A stretch of 64,000 nucleotides of DNA, taken from positions 25,916,001 to 25,980,000 of the forward strand of contig OZ024752.1 of NCBI GenBank assembly GCA_964016885.1. The letters are read 5' to 3'. Origin of the DNA: Eledone cirrhosa (taxonomy: Eukaryota). The notes under the pieces were generated by a model. That model ran no database searches. It saw nothing but the letters and a program-made list of their open reading frames with translations, and had not been told where the DNA came from. Position 1 is the stretch's first letter. Each line of letters starts with the position of its first letter. Shown here in pieces: positions 46,066 through 57,578 of this stretch. The position numbers and the translations under genes are program-made.

Positions 46066-46539
46066 CTAGCAGAGATACCACCCTCCGTGTGGTTTTCTGC
46101 TAGCATGTGTAGTGTGTATATTGATATATGCAGGTATATATATATGTAGATATGATACATCAAATAAATCATAATTGACAATATCCACAGAAATTGAACG
46201 AAGACTGCGTTACACTGTCTTATTTAATCAGTAACGTAATCCATGATACATTAAAAAAGACGATATTATATATAAACTGCATTAGGAGAAAATTAGTGAC
46301 AGAGAATTAGTATGTTTATTTAAGCGATCGCCACCGGAAGTGTTGACATTTCAGAAATTTTAAACAAGTGAATCTTTAAATAAACAAAATATATTTAATC
46401 AACAGCCACGAAATTTAGTAGATAAATTATGTAATATTCATCCATTATTTATTCAAAGTAATCCAACTTATTTTAAAAACGGGATTTAAAAAAATAAACC
46501 GTACGCATTCCGGCAGATCTTCCTTTATTATAGTTTAGA
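46066..46539 (-). mobile_element. Non-autonomous Helitron, 474 bp
   Basis: Minus strand 5'-TCTAAAC...CTGCTAG-3' with subterminal hairpin accac-acggagg-gtggt. Removing it restores the inverted-repeat arm exactly: A^T site, no TSD. Confidence 0.88.
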
Positions 46540-46682
46540 TTTCAAGGGTACCAAAAATTTGGTACACACTCATCAGATAAAATACAAAGTTTGTTTTATA
46601 AATAGTGACATACCCAGGAATCAGAACTTAACGGTCCAAGTTCTGATTCCTGGGTATGTCACTATTTATAAAATAAACTTTG

Positions 46683-46743
46683 TATTTTATCTGATGAGAG
46701 CGTACCAAAGTTTTGGTACCCTTGAAATATATATAATAGAATA
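46683..46743 (+). ncRNA. Type I hammerhead ribozyme motif with minimal palindromic stem III
   Basis: Stem I tattttat/atagaata, core CTGATGA, stem II gag-c-gtaccaa/ttggtac-c-ctt, GAAA, stem III AT-atat-AT, AUA site after 46735. Confidence 0.72.
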
Positions 46744-46887
46744 AATATGGTTTTATAAATATAGTTTCCATTTATTAATATCATTGATATTATACTCCAG
46801 AAAACTTGTCGAGTGCTTCAAAACTGTTATAAGTTTATTTGTTGAATTACCAACAAATTAAATATCCCTTTGCTTATATATATATAT

Positions 46888-47060
46888 ATAGGAAAAGACT
46901 CAGGACCCCGATGGCTGAGCTCCGGCCGTTTCGACAGCTAGATCCGGATCTAGATATCGAAACGGCCGGAGCTCTTTTCCTATTACCCACTCTACTACCC
47001 TAAGTATCGAGTACTCTGGTGCGTTATGGTCCACCTGGTATCTTACCACACCCACTTTGT
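46888..47060. repeat. Foldback element copy 3 (diverged)
   Basis: gagctccggccgtttcga...tcgaaacggccggagctc inside the outer stem ataggaaaaga/tcttttcctat. The tail matches 31197-31272 inverted. Confidence 0.8.
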
Positions 47061-47352
47061 TATAGGAAACAACAAAACAGAGATACAAAAAGTCTCATTA
47101 GTTTCACGCTTTATATGGAAAAGATCAAAGAAATTTCGATGTGTCGGGCTTTGGCCCTTCTTCAGGAGTACAACAAATAGAGACAGTATCACAAAGATAG
47201 ATACAGAAAATAAAAAAGTAGTCTGTAGTAAAAAAAAAAAACGAAAAGCAAAACTATATATATATATATATATCAATCCCTACTCTCACTAAGCGTGAAC
47301 CTAGTACCTTTTGTAACTTGTACTCCTGCGTTGTTGTTCTTTTTTACTTACA

Positions 47353-47429
<77 letters not shown>

Positions 47430-47497
47430 CCCATACGAAGTTGTTTTCCTCACTGTTTAACGAAAGTGTGCACTCTGGCCTACTGGGTTCGAATTTT

Positions 47498-47602
47498 AAT
47501 AATTGTTTCTACTTTTGGCACGAGGCCAGCAATTACCCCAGTGCATTACTGGTACTTTATTTTATCGACCTCGTGAGCATCAAAGGCAAAGTTCACCTCG
47601 GA
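47498..47602 (-). mobile_element. SINE fragment (dominant family)
   Basis: aattgtttctacttttggcacgaggccagc...aaaggcaaagttcacctcgg. Confidence 0.8.
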
Positions 47603-47658
47603 GAACGTAGGAAACAACAGAAGCTATGTCCGTTCCATTCGACTTACTTCGTTTCCTA

Positions 47659-47712
<54 letters not shown>

Positions 47713-47714
<2 letters not shown>

Positions 47715-48133
47715 TGGCTGCCAACTCGTTTTCGAGTACGGCCACTACTTTATATCCATGTAGGAGAACCCCTACCGATGCGCTGAACGAGTGTGACTTT
47801 TTAGTCCAGCCAGCGACTTGAAAACTCTGGTACAAATACTACTCTTGTGAGAATTATTGACACATAGTGCTGGGCCCATGGTACCATGTGACGATAAGTG
47901 CAGAGAGATCTCCAGATATAAAGCAATGCCTGTGCCGTGAAGCTTTTATAGTGAGCAAAGGCACTGCACAAAGCCAGTCCCACTCTCTTAACGAAGATGA
48001 TATTTACCAAAAAGAAGAACAAGTCAACATCATTGGATACCATCAGAGTTGCAGGTGTTATATCAGAGTTTTCCTTCTCCTAGAATTCTGCCTTGACAAG
48101 GCTAAGGGGTCATCTCTCCCGGTGATTTTGGAT
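47713..48133 (-). mobile_element. Element X copy 2 (partial)
   Basis: Near-identical to 42794-43215 and breaks into (CATA)n. Confidence 0.8.
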
Positions 48134-48195
48134 ACATACATACATACATACATACATACATACATACATACATACATACATACATACATACATAC

Positions 48196-49717
48196 AAAAT
48201 GAAATTTGGTGAGTCCAAGTGTGCATATTTGGCAGTAAAACGTGGAAGAGCTGTGCCCTCCTCTAGAAATCTAGAGATGAACGGCCTGACAATACAACCT
48301 CTACAGTCAGGTGACAACTACAGATATCTTAGACAGGATGAGAATGTCAGATATGATGGACCCATAAATAAGGAGAGAACCAGAACTGAATACCTCAGAA
48401 GAGTAAAGAAAATATGGTCATCAGAACTGTCAGCGTACAACAAATACATTGCCCACAATACTTATGCTGTGCCAATTCTAACGTCAACATTTGGCCTGCT
48501 GAACTGGTCATTGCAAGAACTAAGTGAGATGGATGTTATAACTCGCAAACTTCTCAGTGTTACTGGGAACTTTAACATCAATGGTGATGTGGATAGGCTA
48601 TACTTCTCACGCAAGGAAGGTGGCCGGGGTCTAAAATCAATATTAACAACATATGAGACCCGATAGTAACCCTGAAGCAACACCTTCAACAGAGGAAAAA
48701 GGTTGGCGACCATCTTGCCCAGGTTTATGAGCATGAAAAAAAAAATATCATTAGAATAGCGACTGATCTGAAGGAGAGATATGGAATAAAGCCTGATAGA
48801 AATCTCTCACCCAGAGAAATCGGAAGATGCTATTCAATGTTCAAACAAGATAAAAAAATTGACCAATTTACAGAAAAAGGTGTGCATGGATACTTAAGAC
48901 GTAAAACACAGACCATTGAGGGGATAAACCACTCAAAAAGCCTGGCACGGAGTTCCGACAAGTTTATGACATCACACCTTGAGGGATATCTCTATGCAAT
49001 ACAGGAACAAGAACTCCCTACCAATATCTGCTGCACAAAAGAGGAGGGCCAGCAGCGGACAATAAATGTAGGCTATGTAAAACAAAGATCGAGGATGTAA
49101 GCCACATTGTTGCCAGCTGCGAAAGAATGTCATCTCGCTACTACCTCCCCATGAGACACGATGGGATAGCTAGAACCATCTGGAACGCACTTCGGAAAAC
49201 AAAATTAACAACAAACGAGGAAGAATATATTGAGACAGATGGCACTAAGGAATACTGGTGGAACCTGAAAATAAAAATTGCCACCAAATTAAAGCACACC
49301 CGGACTGATATTGTTGTTTGGGACCACACATTGAAAACGTGTTCTGTTGTGGAGATCAGCTGCCCACTTGATGTAAACGTTGTCAGGAAAATACAGAAGG
49401 AGGACATCTACGGACCATTGATGAGGAGTTTACAAATCCAGTATCCAAGATACACCTTTAGCTTCATACCCATCATTATTGGAGCTACGGGTTATATACC
49501 AACCCGCTTGGACCAAAGTATGACTGAACTTGGATTTGCGGACAAAAAGCGCAGCTCCCTAATTCATAGTCTACAAATGGCAGCGATAGCTGGCACCTTC
49601 AAAATTTGCGAAACATTCTTGCGATTCGAGGGATGACAATTTCTTTTCTTTTACAACCTTGCCACCAGGAAGGTGGCCGGTCAAAAAAATATACTCGAAA
49701 TTAAGAGAAAGAGATAA
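48196..49717 (+). mobile_element. R4/Dong-clade element copy C, 5'-truncated, frameshifted
   Basis: MKFGESKC...GGRGL...RHD...EISCP. Same 3'UTR as A and B. CATA repeats on both sides. Confidence 0.9.
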
Positions 49718-49729
49718 CATACATACATA

Positions 49730-50212
49730 TGAAGCAACACCTTCAACAGAGGAAAAAGGTTGGCAACCATCTTGCCCAGGTTTATGAGCATGAAAAAAAA
49801 AATATCATTAGAATAGCGACTGATCTGAAGGAGAGATATGGAATAAAGCCTGACAGAAATCTCTCACTCAGAGAAATCGGAAGATCCTATTCAATGTTCA
49901 AACAAGATGAAAAAATTGACCAATTTACAGAAAAAGTTGTGCATGGATACTTGAGATGTAAAACACAGACCATAGAGGGGATAAACCACTCAAAAAGCCT
50001 GGCATGCAGTTCCGACAAGTTTATGACATCATACCTTGAGGGATATCTCTATGCAATACAGGAACAAGAACTTCATACCAAATATCTGCTGCACAAAAGA
50101 GGAGGGCCAGCAGCTGACAATAAATGTAGGCTATGTAAAACAAAGATCGAGGATGTAAGCCACATTGTTGCCAGCTGCGAAAGAATGTCATCTCGCTACT
50201 ACCTCCCATGAG
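49730..50212 (+). mobile_element. R4/Dong-clade element fragment D
   Basis: Starts right after catacatacata and covers HGY...AIQEQE...CRLC. The 3' end is broken at cccatgag. Confidence 0.88.
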
Positions 50213-50217
50213 TCACA

Positions 50218-50667
50218 TGGGCCCATGGTACCATGTGACGACAAGTGCAGAGAGATCTCCAGATATAAAGCAATGCCTGTGCCGTGAAGCTTTTATAGTG
50301 AGCAAAGGCACTGCACAAAGCCAGTCCCACTGTCTTAACCAAGATGATATTTTCCAAAAAGAAGAACAAGTCAACATCATTGGATACCATCAGGGTTGCA
50401 GGTGTTATATCAGAGTTTTCCTTCTCCTAGAATTCTGCCTTGACAAAGGCTAAGGGGTCATCTCTCCCGGTGATTTTGGATGGCCATTGACTCTTAAGAG
50501 CTCCTTTGCCCTTTGACAGGTTTTGTTTTTAGTCCTGCAGGATGTCCAAAGTCACCCTCCTCACTAAGAAACCTTGGTGGGGTTGCCAGTTTAGTCGCCA
50601 ACGACCCGACCACGAGACAGGTTGTACTGGGATACATGTTACCAGTAGCACCAACTGGTGACCTGAC
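50218..50667 (-). mobile_element. Element X copy 3 (partial)
   Basis: Near-identical to 42952-43401 and followed by (TA)n. Confidence 0.8.
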
Positions 50668-50760
50668 ATATATATATATATATATATATATACAAACAAC
50701 TAGTTACCGTTCTACATGGCTGAATACAATAAATGTAATCTGAATTTTTCGAATATTAAT

Positions 50761-50994
50761 AATTGTTTCTACTTTTGACACAAGGCCAGCAATTATCCAT
50801 TACTGGTACTTTATTTCATCGACTTTATTTCATCGACTTTATTTCATCGACTTTATTTCATCGACTTTATTTCATCGACCCCGTAAGGATGAAAAGCAAA
50901 GTTAACCTTGGCGGGATTTGAACTCAGAGCATAAAGGGACGTAACTCTATGCTTCAAAGCATGGTGTCCGACTCTCTACCGATACTGCCAATCC
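50761..50994 (-). mobile_element. SINE (dominant family) with an internal 14-bp x5 expansion
   Basis: actttatttcatcg repeated 5 times at 50808-50877 inside the SINE body. Confidence 0.85.
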
Positions 50995-51159
50995 CCTTGC
51001 TCTTACGTTGGCATGTTAACAAAACTGCAAACACTAATATTTCTAGCTGATTACCCTCCATCGGTGCAGTTTACTGTGGAATTTACAGTGCAGTCACTGT
51101 ATATTTCAGAAAATATCATATATATTTCACTAGCTCTGACAGTTGGCAGGTAAGCAGTA

Positions 51160-51208
51160 AACTGCACTGATGAAGGGTAATCACCCAGAAACATTAGTGT
51201 CTGCAGTT
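51160..51208 (+). ncRNA. Type I hammerhead ribozyme motif
   Basis: Stem I aactgca/tgcagtt, CTGATGA, stem II gggt-aatc-accc (A.A at its base), GAAA, stem III aca-ttag-tgt, GUC site after 51201. Confidence 0.75.
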
Positions 51209-51334
51209 CTGTTTGCATTCTAACACAAGAAGAGAATGAGGGGCTCATTCTACCGCCATGGCTTAGAAAAGGGGCTGTTTGCATAATTGCAAACGAATCG
51301 AATATTATTATTATTATTATTCGAAAAACACAGT

Positions 51335-51470
51335 TTCGTCCCTTTACAGACAGAGTTCAAATCCCGCCGGTGTTAACTTTGCCTTTCATCCTTACGGGAT
51401 CGATAAAATAAAGTACCAGTAATGCACTGGGTAATTGGTGGCCTTGTGCCAAATGTAGAAATGATTATTA
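51335..51470 (+). mobile_element. SINE (dominant family), 5'-truncated
   Basis: gagttcaaatcccgcc...gcctttcatccttacgggatcgataaaataaagtaccag...attattatt. Confidence 0.85.
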
Positions 51471-51486
51471 TTCGAAAAACTCAGAT

Positions 51487-51545
<59 letters not shown>

Positions 51546-51926
51546 CTGCTGCCAAACGTGTCGTTAGAATTGCTTACATCAATACTATTCTCCAGAAATG
51601 TTAATTAATCTTTGTGTATTTTGCTGTAAAATGTTTAATTTTTCGTGTGTTTAAACTCCGTAGAACAACGTTCAATTTTATGATCTTATTTAGGTGGGTG
51701 CTCTGCCTGGCCATATTGAACGTGAGTGTAGACAAACAAGATAGAAAGCAATATAAGACTTGACTGAAAATAGACCTATTTTCGGCCGGAACCTGTATAA
51801 GCAGTCAGTCTTTCAAGTTATTCAAAGACTTCCTGTTATGTGAATGAATTTAAAAACCAATTATTTCACAGAGTAAAATCCATAATCTTTACAAACGATC
51901 CGAAAACATGACTAAATCAGCCTCGA

Positions 51927-52958
51927 ATAATAATAATAATAATTGTTTCTACTTTAGGCACAAGGCCAGCAATTAACCAGTGCATTACTGGTACTTTATT
52001 TTATCGACCCCGTAAGGATGAAAGGCAAAGTCAACCTCGGCGGGATTTGAACTCAGATCGTAAAGGGACGTAACTATGCTGGAAAGCATGGCGTCCGACC
52101 CTCTACCGATACTGCCAATCCACTTGTTTCTACTTTTGGCACAAGGCCAGCAATTAACCCAATGTATTACTGGTACTTAATTTTATCGACCACATAAGGA
52201 TGTAAGGCAAAGTTAACCTCGGCGGGATTTGAACTCAGACCATAAAGGGCCGTAACTCTTTGCTGCAAAGCATGGTGTCCAACCCTCTACCGATACTGCC
52301 AATCCTGGCACAAGGCCAGCAATTTGTGGGGAGTGGCAAGTCGATTAAATCGACCCCAATGCATGACTGGTACTTTATGTTATCGACCCCGTAAGGATGA
52401 AAGGCAAAGTTAACTTCGGTGGGATTTGAACTCAGAACGTAAAGGGATGTAACTCTATGCCGCAAAGCATGTTGTCCGACGCCCTACCGACACTGCCAAT
52501 CCAGCGCCCTAATAATAATAACAATAATAATGATTTTCTAATAATAATTGTTTCTACTTTTGGCACAAGGCCAGCAATTATCCCAGTGCATTATTTTATC
52601 GACCCCGTACGGATGAAAGGCAAAGTTAACCTCGGCGGGATTTGAACTCGGAACGTAAAGGGCCATAACTCTATGTCTGCCGCTCCACCGATACTGCCAA
52701 TTCACCGCCCTATTAATAATAATAATAATAATAATAATTGTTTCTACTTTAGGCACAAGGCCATCAATTAACCAGTGCATTACTGGTATTTTATTTTATC
52801 GACTCCGTAAGGATGAAAGGCAAAGTCAACCTCGGCGGGATTTGAACTCAGATCGTAAAGGGACGTAACTATGCTGGAAAGCATGGCGCCCGACCCTCTA
52901 CCGATACTGCCAATCCACAATAATAATAATATAATAATAATATAATAATATAATAATA
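51927..52958 (-). mobile_element. Five head-to-tail copies of the dominant tRNA-SINE with (AAT)n spacers
   Basis: Copies at about 51941-52123, 52124-52304, 52305-52510, 52546-52711 and 52736-52918. Confidence 0.9.
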
Positions 52959-53520
52959 ACGATAAGGATATTGAAAAGAATTGGTAATTAGTCACTTTCT
53001 GAAGAAGAAAGAAATATGAAAAAATATATAGAAACAATATTGGAAGAAAAAAATGTATAAAAGGAAAATACTTGTCGCAAATTCTAGAAATTTGTATTTC
53101 AGCCATTGTTAATTAAGATCGCCTGTCATAACTTTGTTTTCTCCTTACCAGACGATATATGTCAGCAGAAGACAAGCAGAAGACCCGCCAAAAGATGAAC
53201 CGATAACAAGACAACGTTAATAGTAACAACAATAACAACAACAAAAGCAACACAAAACACAAACCCTTCTTATATCAGTCTGCATCTAGTTTCTGTCTCT
53301 CTCTTTCTTCCTCCTCCCCTCTCTCACTCTCTCTGTCTCCCTACCCCTCTGTCTCAGTCTCTCACACCCTCTTTCTCTCTCTCTCTCTTCCTTTCACTCC
53401 ACACACACACGTGTTTATATTTAAATGAGAACAGCTTCTTCCTTCAAACACACTACACACACACACACACATATATATCTATATATATATAAGGTTCAAG
53501 AAAACGACAAAACTGAGGTG

Positions 53521-53595
<75 letters not shown>

Positions 53596-53919
53596 ATTAT
53601 GATTCGTTCATACGTTATTCCATTCACAACAAATATTTTCATGAACTAACAAAGCCTGCCTACGTACGATCTATGGTTGTTTGTCATATCTTCAGGCGAA
53701 TGTTGACAAAAATGGCTGAACGAGATTTTGTTAAAAGTAAGTAAATATGAGAAAGAATGAGAATAGATATGAAAAGTAAAATTGGTATAAGGAAGATTAC
53801 ACTGCTATTAAAAATGTTTTATCTTTGCAAAATAGCTGGGGGAAAAGGAAAAAGGAAAACATATTGAAAATTAGCTTGTCTACTACACATATATTATGAG
53901 TATATTATCAATATGTTAT

Positions 53920-54097
53920 AAGGGCGGTGGATTGGCAGTATCGGTAGAGGGTCGGACGCCATGCTTTGACGCATAGAGTTACGGTCCTTGCAATTCTGAG
54001 TTCAAATCCCGCCGAGGTTAACTTTGCCTTTCATCCTTACGGGGTCGATAAAATAAAGTACCAGTAATACACCTTGTGCCAAAAGTAGAAACAATTA
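53920..54097 (+). mobile_element. tRNA-SINE (dominant family) with intact head
   Basis: gggcggtggattggcagtatcggtag (A-box-like) and gagttcaaatccc (B box). Confidence 0.88.
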
Positions 54098-54889
54098 TCA
54101 ATATGTTATCAACAATATACCCAGTCGCATATACCCATACACGTTTGGGCTGGTAGATATTTATCTGTTTAAAGAACAGTTGGTTCGTATGTGAATGACG
54201 ATATATTTATTATTTATATGTATAGCAAGCATATGTAGCGGGGTAAAAGTAAAAAAATGAAAGAATATGATGAGAAGAGTGACAGGAGAGAGTAACGACT
54301 GTATGTTCGTGGTCAGAGAGATAATGAGAATTTAATAGTATGTCAAACTCGTCATGGGTAAAGCGGGTTGTATATAAAATGAATGAGCAAGATACCGAGA
54401 GACGTTATGGGTAAGAATGCTGTAAAATATGGTATGAGAGACTACGAACTTGTAAACTGTGACTAAGGTGGGTTTGTCCGTTTAGTTGCGCAAGCTCTAA
54501 TCTGGGAAACGAGTAAGTTTTTTTGTTTTTTTAATTGATGAAAATATAATCCAGAAAATCTTACTTTTGGAGTTGACGTATTCTTCTGATGATTTTAACC
54601 CTGAAGTGTTCTGGTTTTTTCTCAGTGGTGCAAAGACCCCATCTCATCGTTCCTTTGATATATTGTTTAGACTTTTCCCGTATTCCTGTATTCGCCCATT
54701 TTATTTCTGTACTTTAATTCCCATACATGTTTTGTTTTCTCGTTTTTTACTTATACTTTCTCAGGCAGTTGGAAGAACAATCGCCTGAGGCTATGAATAA
54801 CAATAACAGTTTGCATATATGCAGGTTTTATTAGATCGTGAAACCATTCGCTGCAAATGGAATACCATGCGACTAGCATTTATGTGTAT

Positions 54890-55870
54890 GGTAAAACATT
54901 GAAGATTGTGGATAAATTTGTGTATTTAGGCAGCACAATTAACATAACAAACACCCTTGATAATGAAATATCTTTACTACTAAAGAAAGCAAATGATTCT
55001 TTTGGTAAATTAAATTAACGTCTCTGGTGCCGACGTGGGATTTCCATTGATAAAAAGGGAAAGGTGTACAGAACATGTGTATTATTAAACTTGAGTCACA
55101 TACCAGCGTAATATAAACATGCTTGCACATTTTCATCAACAGTGTCTTCGCATATGAGTAATGTTGAAATGCTAGAACGAAGTCATTTTGAAAGTATAAA
55201 ATCTCTCATAATTCAATATAGATTGCGTTGGAGTCACCATGTTGTAAGAATGCTAGATCATTGTATTCCTAAGAAGTTACTGAATGGGGGATTAGTTAAA
55301 GGCAAACAGCCAAGGTATAAACCAAAACTCAGGTACAAAACCGCATCAAAAGAGTTTTGATGCAGTTAAAAACCAGAGAAAATAACTGGGAAGACATTGC
55401 CTTAGATCGATCATCTCGGAGGAAAACAGTGTTTAATGGAAAACAGGAATTTCAAAAATCTCGCTTGGAACGTGAAAATTTAAAGAGGATTCTGTCTAAA
55501 GGTCAACACAATATTACTTCACCTGGATTTTCAGATGACCAAAATGACTTTATGTGCATTGAGCGTTACTGGATTTGTCTCGGCAAGACTTGTCTTAGAA
55601 GTCATCGTAGAAGTTATATACAATATGTTGTTGATTATGGTTTCTTTTTGGCATTTCTACCTGTCGGAAGTGTGGAAAGCTGTGTGACTCGGCCAGTGGA
55701 TCCCAACGCCATTTCAAATCTCACCAAAATGAGGAAACTAAAGTAGAAGTAACTTTCATCACTGCAGCATATACATAAAGGATTGTAAATACTTGGTACA
55801 GCTAAAAAGTCATGTTCGTGCCACCCATGTAAGGGAGGGAAATTCATGAAATCGAGTTGCAGCCATGATA
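54890..55870 (+). mobile_element. Decayed RTE/BovB-like LINE 3' part with (AT)n tail
   Basis: Broken frames GKTLKIVDKFVYLGSTI, RLRWSHHVVRMLDHCIPKKLL..KPKLRYK and WEDIALDRS. Confidence 0.8.
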
Positions 55871-55872
55871 TT

Positions 55873-55951
<79 letters not shown>

Positions 55952-55960
55952 TGTATATAC

Positions 55961-56004
<44 letters not shown>

Positions 56005-56085
56005 GCGAGTGTGTTTTTCAATTTTCCAATTCGTTCCCCTACCTTCACTAACACCAATCAGCAGCCGATTTCTTCCAACCCTCTC

Positions 56086-56134
<49 letters not shown>

Positions 56135-56309
56135 AAATGACATTTCCCTTTTTATTTTAATTGTTTTGTTCTTTTCTTTTTTCGGTGAAAACAATGAAGC
56201 CAGCAGAACGAGTGTCTTTTATCGGTGAAACATCACGAAATGACAGTTGGTCGCTCAATGAGGCACATACACATACACGCACGCAAACATGCATACACGC
56301 ACACACACG

Positions 56310-56395
<86 letters not shown>

Positions 56396-56489
56396 GTAGG
56401 TTGAAGTTGTATATATATATATATGTATTTATATGTGTATGTGTGTATGTGTGTATATATACATATATATATGTATATATGTATATATA

Positions 56490-56539
<50 letters not shown>

Positions 56540-56744
56540 TGGAGAGAGAGAGAAGAGGGAGAGAGAGAGGGAGGGTGCAATAGAGACAGAGAAAGTAAAA
56601 GAGGGGGAAGAGAGATGAGAATTAAGGAAGAGAGAGGGGGGAACACACTTGTGTACAGCTGCAGCAACGCCACCTTTCGACTGTTGGCGTCATTAATCAC
56701 TACATGTCCTTGAAGTTGGCCACGAAAGAAAAGTTGAAGTAACA

Positions 56745-56813
<69 letters not shown>

Positions 56814-57349
56814 GATAATGATGATGATAAGGAAGGCGGGAGGTGGACTAAATTTTCATGAAAGCTGAAAGTATGCGTTGAAAAAAACAAGTGACGAAAT
56901 CTCACTTATGCTGCTCTCGTCGTTGAGAAAGGCATGAAGGCCATTTAGTCTAAATACCCCATCTATTTACTGTGAATATATGACGAAATTTATTAACCCT
57001 TTAGCATTTAAACCAGCCATATCTAGCCAGAATTCTCTCACTTCTTTCTTTTCAAACCGTAACCGGCCGCTCATACTGATGTCAAGGTATTATTCTCAAC
57101 ATAAATAATATCAAAATCTCATAGCTTCGGTATTATGTGAGATAATTATGTGAGGTAAAGCCTTTACCGTGAAAATACAATAGTAAATTATAGAGTAATG
57201 TAAATGGTAAAAGGTGAAATCGATATATACAAGTAGTTCTTATTTAATATAATTTATTTTATTTAATTGTGACGTTGAATTGGCAAAATAGAAAATTGGA
57301 TGTTTTAACGTGCAGTTGATCCCCGTTTGTGTAGTTCTATATCTAATTG

Positions 57350-57578
57350 GGGTTTCTGATTTATGGACAAGGCCAGCAATTTTGGGGGAAAGGGGAAAGT
57401 CGATCAAATCAAACCCAGTGCATTACTGGTACTTTATTTTATTTTATCGACTCCGGGGTCGAAAGATGAAAGGCAAAGCTAACCACGGCAGGATCTGAAC
57501 TCAGATCGTAAAGAGGTGGCGGAACCCTATACAATAAAGCATGTTTCCGACCCTCCAGCGATACTGCCAATCCACCGC
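57350..57578 (-). mobile_element. SINE (dominant family)
   Basis: caaggccagcaattttggggg...gatgaaaggcaaag...actgccaatccaccgc. Confidence 0.82.

Noticed and set aside
47801-48202. Repeated short ORFs within element X
   Set aside because: They recur only because the copies are young. No recognisable domain, and frames differ between copies.
53920-54015. tRNA gene
   Set aside because: The A/B boxes belong to a SINE head with extended spacing, and no cloverleaf forms.
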